From Eledone cirrhosa (lineage: Eukaryota): 64,000 nucleotides of DNA. The translations under genes and the position numbers were made by a program. The stretch is taken from the NCBI GenBank assembly GCA_964016885.1, contig OZ024751.1, positions 28,892,001-28,956,000 of the forward strand. The letters are read 5' to 3'. Under the pieces are notes generated by a model. The model was not told the origin of the DNA, ran no database searches, and worked only from the letters and a program-made list of their open reading frames with translations. This document shows, one piece after another, positions 1 through 12,258 of this stretch; the stretch's first letter is position 1, and every line of letters starts with the position of its first letter.

Positions 1-105
1 CCTTGTTGAGTCAAACCAAGCCAAGCGTTAATATCATCCACTACCTGGAATACCATAACTGGACTTCACCTAAGTGGACTGCATTTAACTATTATTTGTT
101 AATCC

Positions 106-165
<60 letters not shown>

Positions 166-243
166 GTTATTCCGGGTTGAATCGGAGGTAACCACAGTAA
201 GTAAGGTACTCAATACATTGCAGAGTATAAAAGTTTTAATATA

Positions 244-297
244 GATGAGATTCTACAGGACTAGAACTGTTTCATTCTTTAGAAATCATCAGGAATC
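244..297 (-). ncRNA. Mirror copy of the hammerhead motif on the minus strand
   Basis: 240-297 is the exact reverse complement of 303-360. It carries CTGATGA...GAAAC...GTA with a shorter (about 5 bp) stem I. Confidence 0.65.
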
Positions 298-354
298 GAT
301 GAGATTCCTGATGATTTCTAAAGAATGAAACAGTTCTAGTCCTGTAGAATCTCA

Positions 355-356
<2 letters not shown>
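298..356 (+). ncRNA. Type I hammerhead ribozyme motif (candidate, Penelope-like element associated)
   Basis: Stem I GATGAGATTC (298-307)/GAATCTCATC (347-356), 10 bp. Core CTGATGA (308-314). Short stem II TTC-TAAA-GAA. GAAAC (327-331). Stem III ACAG/CTGT with loop TTCTAGTC. GUA cleavage triplet at 344-346. Confidence 0.8.
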
Positions 357-405
<49 letters not shown>

Positions 406-456
406 GTGTGTGTGTGGATATATATATATATACATCCATACACATGTCTAACTATC

Positions 457-502
<46 letters not shown>

Positions 503-574
503 CGAAGGCAATGTGGTAAGGAACCAAGTGGACCATAACGCACCAAAGTACTCAATACTTAGGGTAGTAGAGTG

Positions 575-639
<65 letters not shown>

Positions 640-829
640 TTATTCAAAAAAGACACCAAATACATTAATACATCAAATGGTGATTAACGAACGATTCATC
701 CCCTCCTGGGACTTGAAACACGATATACATTTATGTTTGCAAAAAAGTTAAGAAAAATAAGAAAGCAATCGGCCCAGTACAATGAAAAAATATATTAATT
801 TAATGCTTGATATAGCAGGGATATGTGTG

Positions 830-879
<50 letters not shown>

Positions 880-970
880 GGATTGTTCGATACATAGGTA
901 AAGGAACACGTGTATTTACGTTTTTTATGTTATATACGCATAACCTGATGCATTTCCCGCACACGCAGTC

Positions 971-1002
<32 letters not shown>

Positions 1003-1004
1003 TC

Positions 1005-1210
1005 AATATAGAAATGGCTTCTACAGGACTAGCAGTGTTTCATTCGAAGGAAATCATACCCTTTTTAAGGCAGTTTGTTACACACGTTTGCAAACATACA
1101 CATACACATAGTCCTGTAGACGCCATTTCTATATTAAATTATTCATGCTCTGCTATGTATTGAGTACCTTATATACTCTGTTTACCCCCCCCCCCTCGAT
1201 TGAACCTTGG

Positions 1211-1213
<3 letters not shown>
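1005..1213. mobile_element. Degenerate second copy of the hammerhead-bearing element (inverted arms)
   Basis: 1005-1060 resembles 238-292 with a decayed core on the minus strand. 1110-1213 resembles the reverse complement of 168-262. Confidence 0.6.
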
Positions 1214-1256
<43 letters not shown>

Positions 1257-1681
1257 CATACATACATGCTGCTTTGTATTTATATAAATATATACACTGG
1301 CCGAATAAAAAGAATTAGATTCCAGTTATGGAGTTATGGACAAACCGTTTTATTTATGTGAATCGAACTCACAACCTTACGATAGTGAACCGAGCCCAGC
1401 CTAACACCTTAACTATTAAATTACGTCCCTGTCTCTGGGTAGACTGACGAAAAATATAAACAAACAACTCAACTCTCCGTTGGAATGAGAAGATTGCTCT
1501 CATTATAAACATTTATCGGCGAAAGTAAGGAAATAGAAATGAAATGAAGCGATGTGATATAATGTGATATTAAAAGTGATGTTAAGTTTGTAAATACAAT
1601 ATATTTTTCGGACATTTTTATGTATTTTCTTCAGAACAAGTTTCATGACTATGTCGGTAAAGTATAAATAAAACAGACCAT

Positions 1682-1951
1682 CAGGGGCAGTGGAACTGCT
1701 GGGGGTGGTGGGTGTTGTGGACAAGAGGACCATGGTCCCCCCAATAATTATATTTTTCTCCCCAAACTACCAAAATACGCATCTATTTGTATATACACTA
1801 CAATTTATGTACATGTTATGTTTATCGCATATCGAAGTTTTTTTTAATATATATCTTGGTTGATATTTGATAACAGCTAAACTAATCACTACAACTAAAT
1901 TGACCAAATTTGTCCCCCACCCCCAATCCAGAAATTCTTCCACTGCCCCTG
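1682..1951. mobile_element. MITE with 14-bp TIRs (hAT-like CAGGGG termini)
   Basis: CAGGGGCAGTGGAA at 1682-1695 and TTCCACTGCCCCTG at 1938-1951. No clean TSD seen. Confidence 0.6.
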
Positions 1952-2061
1952 CTATGACTTGAAACCTTGACACCTTAACTATCAGACGAGGAAAAGCGAG
2001 GGAGCCTCTAAGAAAATGCACTCTTAGACAGAGACTTACATACACGTGTCTCTGAGAAAAA

Positions 2062-2480
2062 GACTGAGTGGTTTAAGACTGGGTTGTCTAGTCTTTGATT
2101 ATAAGGTAGCTGGATCAGGGCTGGCCTGGGGTTAAACATGAATGGTATGTAGAGGGGGTATATCACGAATCGACTGTCATGTCTTTGATCACAGGGTGGC
2201 TGAATCATTACTGACCTGGGGTTAAACATGATTAAGCGACAGAGTAACAGCTGAATCTTTATGTCTTTGATCACAGGATGGCCGAATTAGTATCGACCTG
2301 GGGTTTAACACGACTGAGCGGAGGGAGTGTCACGGCTGGACTGTCATGTCTTAGATCACAGAGTGGCTGGATCAGTGCTGACCTGGGGCTAAACAAGACT
2401 GGAGAGAGAGTGTCACGGCTGGACTGTCATGTCTTAGATCACAGAGTGGCTGGATCAGTGCTGACCTGGGGCTAAACAAC
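2062..2480. repeat. Tandem repeat, about 85-bp unit x5
   Basis: Units end in CTGGGG(T/C)T(A/T)AAC near 2137, 2227, 2309, 2394 and 2478. The last two units are nearly identical. Confidence 0.8.
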
Positions 2481-2509
2481 AACACTATCAGCATGGCGAG
2501 AATAATTTC

Positions 2510-2690
2510 ATGTATGTATGTATGTATGTATGTATGTATGTATGTATGTATGTATGTATGTATGTATGTATGTATGTATATGTATGTATGCATACATGTA
2601 TGTGTGTGTGCATGTATGTATGTATGCATGTATGTGTGTGTGTGCATGTATGTATGTATGTGTGTATGTAAGTATGTATATACGTATGAG
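2510..2690. repeat. (ATGT)n microsatellite
   Basis: Direct inspection. Confidence 0.95.
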
Positions 2691-3049
2691 TGAATTCTTG
2701 TCTCTGTGTGTGTATGTATGTCTATGTCAGTGATATATGTATATATCTGTATCTGCTGTATCTCCTTGTGTTTCTGAGTTTGTGTAGTGGGACAGGGTCG
2801 GTGTAAACTGAGAAATGTGAAGCTGTGGCATTCATACCTCTCTCAAAGGAATTTATAAACCGAAACCGGTTCGAATCTAGTAGTAGTTGTAGTTGTATTG
2901 TTTATATAGCCCTAGGTTAGCTCTGCTCCAGGATAAACAACTTCTATGACGAAACGCTTCCAGTTACGGACACTCAGTCTCACTCGTTATTTTCAAACAA
3001 TGTTTTCAAAACAACATTATCAACAATATAACGGCAAGGGTGTTGTTGT

Positions 3050-3640
3050 TGGAGGGTCATTTAGCTGCTATTTCTAGCAACACGAGACGGGAACCTGTTT
3101 TTTTTTATTGGAGAGACGTTTGACTGCTGTTACTAGCATATCAAGACGGGATCCTGTTTATTATTTGAGAGTCATTTAGCTGCTATTTCTAGCAACATGA
3201 GACGGGACCTTGTTTTTTTATTGGAGAGATGTTCGACTGCTATTTCAGCATTGGAGACAGGAGTCTGATTATTATGGAGAGACTTTTGACTGCTATTACT
3301 ACCATATTAAGACAGGAACCTGTTTATTATTGAGTCATTTGGCTGCTATTTCTAGCATAGCAAGAAAGGAGCCTGTTTATGATTGAGAATCTTTTGGCTG
3401 CTATTTCTAGCATATCGAAACAGGCACCTATTTATTATTGGATAATCATTTGTCTGCTATTTCTAGTAACATGAAACGAGGGTCTGTTTATTATTTGAGA
3501 GTCATTTGGTTGCTATTTCTAGAATATCGAGACAGAAGCCTGTTTGTTTATTATTGAGAATCATTTGACTGTTATTTCTAGCAACAAGAAACAGGAGCCT
3601 GTTTATTATTGGAGAGACTTTTGGCTGCTATTTCTAGCAC
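3050..3640. repeat. Degenerate minisatellite, about 60-bp unit x10
   Basis: Recurrent GCTGCTATTTCTAGCA...GAGAC(G/A)GG..CCTGTTTATTATTG. Confidence 0.85.
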
Positions 3641-3806
3641 CCACTACATCGGATCGACTGATATTGAAGTAAAAGTAAACTCCGCCGATCCGATTTACCG
3701 GATGTTTTGACTAAACTATTTGTAATTAAAGAAATGAATAAATATTCAAAAAAAAAAAAATGTATTTAAATGCAAATATATAAAAGTCATTTACAAAGGA
3801 AATAAA

Positions 3807-3842
<36 letters not shown>

Positions 3843-3893
3843 ATATACAAACACATATGTATGCTCGCGTCTATATATATATATATACACACA

Positions 3894-4099
3894 CAGGGTG
3901 TCCCCAAAATGTATGTTTTTGATTACATGTACTGTACAGGCAATATTAATTAGAATGCTGTTAACTTTGCCTTTCATCCTTACGGGGTCGATAAAATAAA
4001 GTACCAGTAATACACTGGGATAATTGCTGGCCTTGTGCCAAAAGTAGAAACAATTAATTAGAATGCTGTTGAAGTGGGTAAACCTTTCGGTACACCCTG
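3894..4099. mobile_element. Tc1/mariner-like MITE interrupted by a SINE
   Basis: Inverted termini CAGGGTGT (3894) and ACACCCTG (4099). Confidence 0.45.
3963..4052 (+). mobile_element. 5'-truncated SINE (family A) with target-site duplication
   Basis: 3' half of family A, flanked by ATTAATTAGAATGCTGTT at 3945-3962 and 4053-4070. Confidence 0.85.
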
Positions 4100-4215
4100 C
4101 GTGTGTATGTATATATATATACACATGTATATATAAATATATATATATATACACACACACATATATATATATATACACACACACATACATACATATATAT
4201 ATACACACACACACA

Positions 4216-4255
<40 letters not shown>

Positions 4256-4493
4256 CACACACATATATGTACACACACACATATATATATGTATGTGTCT
4301 CTCTATACATCTAAAGGTACGTCATACATCAGTCATTTTCAACGTATGCTACTTTCACTTTCATTATGGGGGTCTTGCCTTTATCTTAAACACACCCCCA
4401 CGAGAGTTGAGTGAGGTGAGGGATAGGGACAAAGTATTAAAGCCAAAATCGACACCGGTAAGAGTTGAACCCAAGCACTAAGACATTTACCGG

Positions 4494-4659
4494 TAGTGCC
4501 GGATTTTGGACAAATAAGACCCTGTATTAGTTAAGTTATGAGGCCCCAAACATTTGAAATATTCATCGTAAAAACATTTTGGGGAAGGAAGATGGGTTCT
4601 TTTGGCGAGCGGGTCCCTGTGATAAAGCACAGCTAAGCACAATGTTAAAGCCGGCACTG
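4494..4659. mobile_element. MITE with (C/T)AGTGCCGG TIRs (hAT-like)
   Basis: TAGTGCCGGATTT ... AAAGCCGGCACTG, with TACCGG on both flanks. Confidence 0.55.
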
Positions 4660-4954
4660 TACCGGTCTTTAGGTCTTTATTTTCTATCTATCTACCAACA
4701 TAACTCTAGCTGAGCTTCGTAACAAACTTCTGTATTATAGATATATATATATATATATATATATATATTGCCAAGACAAGAGCAAAAATGAGGGGCTCAT
4801 TCTACTGACATGGCTTTTAAAATGAGGCTTGTTTGCATAATGGCAAACGAATCGAATGTTATTATTAATATTCGAAAAACTCAGATTACATTTATTATAT
4901 ATATATATATATATATATAGGGCGGGTAAAATTCCCGAGATATCTATCTATCTA

Positions 4955-5034
<80 letters not shown>

Positions 5035-5157
5035 TTGTTTTCATTAGATAGAAAAGATCCTATACTGGCAAAAAAAGTTGAAGGGTGGTATGATGGAGGA
5101 GGGGGTGCTTGTCAGTGTTGAGATGTTAATGCCTTTCCACGAAAGACATCAATAGAA

Positions 5158-5521
5158 ATAATTGTTTCTACTTTTTGGCACAAGGTCAGCAATTACCAGT
5201 GCATTACTGGTACTTTATTTTATCGACCCCGTAAGGATGAAAGGCAAAGTTAACCTCGGCGGGATTTGAACTCAGAATGATTTCTGATTTAGGCACAAGG
5301 CCAATAATTTGGGGGAAAGGGAAGTCGATTATATCGACCCCAGTACATAACTGGTGCTATATATTATCAACATCTGTAAGATTTGAACTTAGAAAGTAAA
5401 GAAACTAAACATGTTGTCCGAGGCTCTAAAAATTGTCCCAATGCCCCTTCTAATTTTAGGCACAGTGGCTAGTATTTGACAGGTACTTTATTTATCGACC
5501 CCTAAGTTGACCTCGGCGGGG
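5158..5521 (-). mobile_element. Cluster of three SINE family A or related fragments
   Basis: Reverse-complement matches to GAGTTCAAATCCCGCCGAGGTTAACTTTGCCTTTCATCCTTACGGGGTCGATAAA. Confidence 0.8.
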
Positions 5522-5615
5522 TTGTCCTATTTTTAATATAGTTTAAAACATCCAAAATAAGTAATTAAACAAGGGATAAACGCATTTCATCATCCAGAAA
5601 GTTCTCCTTTAAACA

Positions 5616-5658
<43 letters not shown>

Positions 5659-5694
5659 TCTGTGTATCCACGTTAATGTTTACTGCTTTTTTTT

Positions 5695-5882
5695 TTCATG
5701 TCTTGTAACTTAGCGGTTCGACAACAGAGATCAATAAAACAAACAAACAAAAAGAAAAATAAGAAATAATAGAAAAACAAAAAACGAAACAGAAACAAAT
5801 ATTAGATATGACAGACGTAATAAAGACTGTGCCCCAGCATGGCCGCAGTAAAATGACTGATACAAGCCAAAGAATAAAAAGA
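5695..5882 (+). mobile_element. Fragment of a second SINE family (3' tail)
   Basis: GTGCCCCAGCATGGCCGCAG...ATGACTGA.ACAAG tail, recalled from octopus SINEs and not database-checked. Confidence 0.45.
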
Positions 5883-5912
5883 AAAATGAATCTATATATA
5901 TATATATATATA

Positions 5913-5970
5913 TGATGATGATTTCTTGCGAATGAAATAGTTCTCGCCCCGTAGGAGTCATTTCTATAAG
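5913..5970 (+). mobile_element. Decayed copy of the 298-356 hammerhead element
   Basis: TGATGATTTCTTGCGAATGAAATAGTTCTCGCCCCGTAGG aligns with TGATGATTTCTAAAGAATGAAACAGTTCTAGTCCTGTAGA. Confidence 0.6.
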
Positions 5971-5991
5971 ATATATATGCTTAGAGTGTAC

Positions 5992-6028
<37 letters not shown>

Positions 6029-6229
6029 TGTATAAATATGTATATATATATTTATAAATATATATATATATATATATTCATATATATTTATAAATATATG
6101 CATATATATATATATGTATATATATACCTATATATATAAACACATATAAATATGTATATATAAACATATATACATATATAAACATACATATATAAACACA
6201 TATATACACATACATACACACACACACAC

Positions 6230-6283
<54 letters not shown>

Positions 6284-6369
6284 GTAGGAGGTGAGTTTTA
6301 TTGTAGTACAATAAAGCAATGCAGATATCGGATAAGAAGCACTCTACAGTTTGTGGGACTGGAGTATGC

Positions 6370-6404
<35 letters not shown>

Positions 6405-6698
6405 ATATATCTAGGCGAATTGCTAGTCGTTACAATGTAATATCAGAATATTTAGAATGAACGTCACCCAATCACCGTGGCACCCATCCCTCTGAATACG
6501 ATACCACGTCTCGCCAAAATAGTATCAATATCGAATATTGAAATTGGAATTGGAAGAGGGGGGGGGGGCAACGGAAAGCAATATTATCACTATTATTGTT
6601 ATTGTTATCATTATTAATATCATCATAATAGGAATAAGGACGAATAAAAGTGAAATAAGTTTTAATAAGTTTCAGTTGACACAGACTTCTCACAAGTT

Positions 6699-7250
<552 letters not shown>

Positions 7251-8439
7251 TATAAAATATTATATACGAATGAAGGCATGAAATGAAATATTACAAAAAT
7301 GCAAATCACAATTCACAAATCACAATTCACAAACCCATATATTTCACAACTGCCTCTCTTGCCATATAAAACATTTCCATTTTGTCTTCTGCTGCCAATA
7401 AATTCGCCCAGCTGTTGCAAGTTACTTCGTTCCGGCCTGCACGGTGGAAGCGCTCCATGTTTTGGTATCAACCCATGCTAAAGTACCTATTTATTATGTA
7501 TGACCATATGATAAACATAGCTTCCGCCCCATTGGCTATAGCTAACACGACGCGATTGCGAAAAACGCCAATTATATTTTCGTTATTTCACAAGCCTTCT
7601 CCGAGAAAACTTACGCGAAAAAAGGAGGGTAAAAATCACAGGCATAAATAAAAGATTCTTCGAGATAAACAAATGATGGAAAAAAGAAAAAGAAAAATAA
7701 TGAAATGAAATTATATATATATATAAACAATAACAACAAAATAACTTTCTACTTTATTAAAGAATACAAGAGAGGGTGGTGCTGGTGATGAGATATGTGT
7801 TATGTATGTGTATGTGTGCTTGTACATGCTGATAAACTACAAATATAGTATGAATGTGTGGGTATATATATAATTATATACACATACACACACATATATA
7901 TATATATCTACGTACGAATATACAGATATATACATATATATATGTGTATTTATGTATATTACACACACACACATACATATGTATGTATGTGTGTATATAT
8001 ATATATCTATCTACGTACGAATGTATATCATATGCATATATGGGTACATATGTGCATGCGGCTGTGCGTGTTGATAAACAAATAAAGTATACATTCATGC
8101 ATACGTATGCACACACACACATATATATATATATAGAGAGAGAGATACAGGTAAATACACACTAAATGGATGGATGTATATGTATTAAAGTTTACGTATA
8201 CGTTAACATAGAATATAAGCGCGTGTGTGTGTATATATATATATACATAAATACATACATATATATATATATATAGAGAGAGAGAGAGTGATCTGTGTGT
8301 AAGGTTATATATGTATATACATCGTTGTCAATTTAGATGTAAACAAATACAGTTTACTGCTGGAAATGAAGACATTTATTGAGTTTGTAATTCTTGTACA
8401 TACACAATATATATGTATGTATGTGTTTATTTACACATG

Positions 8440-8661
8440 TACGTGTGTACATACGTATGTATGTTCGTATATACCTATGTGTGTATGCATGTATGTTTGT
8501 TCGTATATACCTGTGTATGCATGTATGTACGTATGTTTGTTCGTATATACCTATGTGTGTATGCATGTATGTACGTATGTTTGTCGTATATACCTATGTG
8601 TGTATGCATGTATGTACGTATGTTTGTTCGTATATACCTATGTGTGTATGCATGTACGTAC

Positions 8662-8665
<4 letters not shown>
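8440..8665. repeat. About 44-bp minisatellite derived from (ATGT)n
   Basis: GTATGTACGTATGTTTGTTCGTATATACCTATGTGTGTATGCAT, about 5 copies. Confidence 0.85.
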
Positions 8666-8707
<42 letters not shown>

Positions 8708-10399
8708 GTGTTTGTGATAGTACGTCAGCGTGTAAAAATCCACTTCAATTCTTTAATTAAATTATTGTTATTTTCAGTGTTACTTCGTTTTTCTCTCTAT
8801 CCATTTTCTTACGACAATTGATTCTTTTTTTATAAAAAAAGTCCTGTGAAATATTTCTCTTATTTCGACTAAGTACATCCTAATTAGTTACTTTCAATCA
8901 CATTTATAAACAATTAGTGTTGTTTGTTATCTTGCAAATAGTAGTATTTGCAAGATAACGAACAACTGAAATAATACAATGTATATCGTAACTACCCTCA
9001 TATTGTTGTTTTACTTCATCCGCGTAAATATTTATCTAGAATTTGTGAATAAATCTTTAAAATAAAAATCTATGCGGTGTATAATTTTGTAAGACAGAGC
9101 GAGCACTTTCACTTAGCTAATTCACATGTAAGACTCTGTTGTTATTTGAACCGTAAGCGGCCCAGTTCCTAGTGTGATAGGGTGCAGGATAATTAAAAAA
9201 TAAGAATAAATGCAATTGTCAAATTAATTATATTTATATACATTTTATTGATATTGCTAGATAACAATGATAACTATATCTCTTTATTTCCTTATTTTAG
9301 CAAGTTAAGGTGAAAATAAATATATATATGTTTAGTAATAATAATAATAACTACGAAAGAAGCAATTAATTTATCATTTTTTAAGCGGCCCCCATAACCT
9401 CACATAACCCCATTCTTAAAAACATGGCTACCCTCAAATTCTCCGAGAATTCTGTTGTTTTTCTAAGCGGAAGACAAGTTAAGCTGTTTAATATACGGTA
9501 ATTTCTACAACATTCCTTTTTTTAAATTTATTTCAATATATTATATTCCAAGTATGACCTTCTATTTTTGTATCTTATCCTAATAACTCACAGTTTTGCT
9601 CTTTTACGATGGCGTCGAACACCACGTGTTAATGTGGTTGTAGTTTTTCATATTTTTTTGTTTTTTTTTACTTTCAAAATACACGTGTGTTTGTTGTTTA
9701 CTTTCTCTCCTCCCTAACATTGACTTAATATCGTAATATCGATCTCCAGCTACTGAGCTGTGAACCAATAAAGATTATTATCAAGTTAGAAAACACATTA
9801 GGGGCACTCGCTTCATTTGTATCATCTTCTAATTTTCTATTTTCTTCTAACTTTCTCTCTGTTATTAACCCCAATTTTCAATTTTTTATATTAACAAGTC
9901 TGAACTTGATATTTTAAAATGTTTATTTTATACTTTTAATACTTTTAAACTGTAAAAGGACACACACGCAGAATCAACAACAACATATTCTGTTATCGTT
10001 TGTTTTACCGGTGAAATATTTTAGCTTCACAAAATACCACGTGTGTAACCTTCCTGGCTGCTATTTATTTATAGTATCAAAACATTTACCTTTTCAGCAC
10101 GCGTGTTGATGTTTTCATGTTTACCTTAATAAACCCGGCTTCGTTATTTACAAAACGACTACATCTTAGAAAACCAAATTTATTCAACTTTGTTTTGTTT
10201 TAAGGGGGCGTTTTCTTACTCTACCTTTTCTTTTATTTATCACACACACACACACATATATCCGCAAGTGGTTGACGGCTGAGAGAAAGGAGTACTTAAT
10301 ACCGAAATAGAATTTAGATATGCATTATATTATCAACCGCAGGCGTCTTTCCCAACCCTGACGTCGCTTCACGTTCTCGCTTTCACTTCGCCGTCAGGT

Positions 10400-10577
10400 G
10401 GTGGATTGGCAGTATCGGTAGAGGGTCGGACGCCATGCTTTGACGTATAGAGTTACGGCCCTGCCATTCTGAGTTCGAATCCCGCCGAGGTTAACTTTGC
10501 CTTACGGGGTCGATAAAATAAAGTACCAGTAATGCACTGGATAATTGCTGGCCTTGTGCCAAAAGTAGACACAATTA
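10400..10577 (+). mobile_element. tRNA-derived SINE family A, near full length
   Basis: A-box-like TGGCAGTATCGG, B-box GAGTTCGAATCC, and the conserved body and tail. Confidence 0.9.
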
Positions 10578-10669
10578 TATTATGGCTAAATAGAGAGTCG
10601 TGTTCCTCTAGAGTTTCGCCTGTTTATTACAGGGTGACCAGAAAAGAACACATTATTTAACCCTAATGA

Positions 10670-10849
10670 GTGGATTGGCAGTATCGGTAGAGGGTCGGAC
10701 GCCATGCTTTCCAGCATAGTTACGTCCCTTTACGATCTGAGTTCAAATCCCGCCGAGGTTGACTTTGCCTTTCATCCTTACGGGGTCGATAAAATAAAGT
10801 ACCAGTAATGCACTGGGTAATTGGTGGCCTTGTGCCTAAGGTAGAAACA
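10670..10849 (+). mobile_element. tRNA-derived SINE family A, full length with 18-bp TSD
   Basis: A and B boxes. Central GCCTTTCATCCTTACGGGGTCGATAAAATAAAGTACCAG domain, which resembles the MetaSINE-type domain (from memory). TSD ATTATTTAACCCTAATGA at 10652-10669 and 10850-10867. Confidence 0.92.
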
Positions 10850-11114
10850 ATTATTTAACCCTAATGAAATGTACATATGTGTATGTTTACAGACACGCAC
10901 ATGGCAACTAAGCATGTTTTTTTTTTATTGGTTCTCGGAGTTTTATGAAACTGAGTACCTCGAAAAACATGTTTAGTTGATATATACTAGTTCTTATGTC
11001 TTCAAAGCCATTGAGGTACACAAAGCGGCCAGCGCGTTCAATCTGTCGCGGTTCTCGCACTTGTCCAAATAAGTCCTCTCTGGGAATTGTTCAGCACCAG
11101 TTATACCTTGACCG

Positions 11115-11152
<38 letters not shown>

Positions 11153-11535
11153 AAACTTACGTTATTGGTTATAGTTGAAGAATTTCTAGCGCTTGTATCA
11201 TTAATTTAATTTAGATATTTAAAATACCCTCTTTGGCTAATTAATATATATGTATAATACTTGTTTTATGGGTTTATGTGATAAACACACTAAATATTCA
11301 CGGAATTGAGGACTCATATACAGTGTATAAAGTCAATATTTGTTATTAATAGTGACTCTTTACTTCAAAGTTTTGCCATTTTTACCTGCTTGTCAAAGCA
11401 AAATATAGCTGTACCGTCATCATCAACTGTATGATGATGGAATGTCATTTTAAAGTTCTAGATTTTCACCTTTTATTTTTGTCATTTAAAAAAAAAACAG
11501 ATATCAACTTTGTATAAATTATATATAATCTTAAT

Positions 11536-11716
11536 TGTTTCTACTTTTGGCACAAAGCCAGCAATTATCCAGTACATCACTGGTACTTTATTTTATCGAC
11601 CCCGAAAGGATGAAAGGCAAAGTTAACCTCTGCGGGATTTGAACTCAGTCCGTAAAGGGACGTAACTATGCTGGAAAACATGGCGTCCGACTCTCTACCG
11701 ATACTGCCAATCCACC
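11536..11716 (-). mobile_element. SINE family A, full length
   Basis: Reverse complement of 10670-10849. Confidence 0.9.
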
Positions 11717-11723
11717 ATTATAT

Positions 11724-11849
11724 TGGCAGTTGCCATTCTGAATTCAAATCACGCCGAGGTTAACTTTGCCTTTTATCCTTACGGGGTCGATAAAATAAAG
11801 TACCAGTAATGTACTGGTTATTTGCTGGCCTTGTGCCTAAAATAGAAAC
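11724..11849 (+). mobile_element. SINE family A, 5'-truncated or internally deleted
   Basis: B-box region through the tail. Head-to-head with 11536-11716. Confidence 0.88.
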
Positions 11850-12079
11850 AATTATATATAATCTTAATGTTGCTGAAATATATATTGAGTTATGTAATAA
11901 ATAAACGTTATATGTGTGAATTACCCAACCCATGCGATAAACAAAATAAAGTCAGTATTTTTGTGAAATTTTCGCCCCAATAACTGAAACAATGGTCTGA
12001 CATGAAACAAAATAAAAAAAAATGTTTCGAAGAAAGACATTCTATGGTGAAAATTGCCCGACATCGACGGGCTACTCTG

Positions 12080-12258
12080 TTGGCAGTATCGGTAGAGGGT
12101 CGGACGCCATGCTTTCCAGCATAATTACGTCCCTTTACGATCTGAGTTCAAATCCCGCCGAGGTTGACTTTGCCTTTCATCCTTACGGGGTCGATAAAAT
12201 AAAGTACCAGTAATGTACTTGGTAATTGCTGGCCTTGTGCCTAAAGTAGAAACAATTA
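12080..12258 (+). mobile_element. SINE family A
   Basis: Nearly identical to 10676-10853. Confidence 0.9.

Larger units (their letters stand above)
165..360. mobile_element. Penelope-like terminal-repeat fragment with inverted duplication
   Basis: 58-bp inverted arms containing hammerheads. The 165-262 segment recurs in inverted form at 1110-1213. Bounded by (TA)n on both sides. Confidence 0.55.

Noticed and set aside
2836-2876. GAAACCGGTT resembling a minimal hammerhead 3' half
   Set aside because: There is no CTGANGA upstream (CTCAAAG instead). At best a dead remnant.
10670-10755. tRNA gene-like A and B boxes
   Set aside because: No cloverleaf, and it continues into a SINE body present in many copies.
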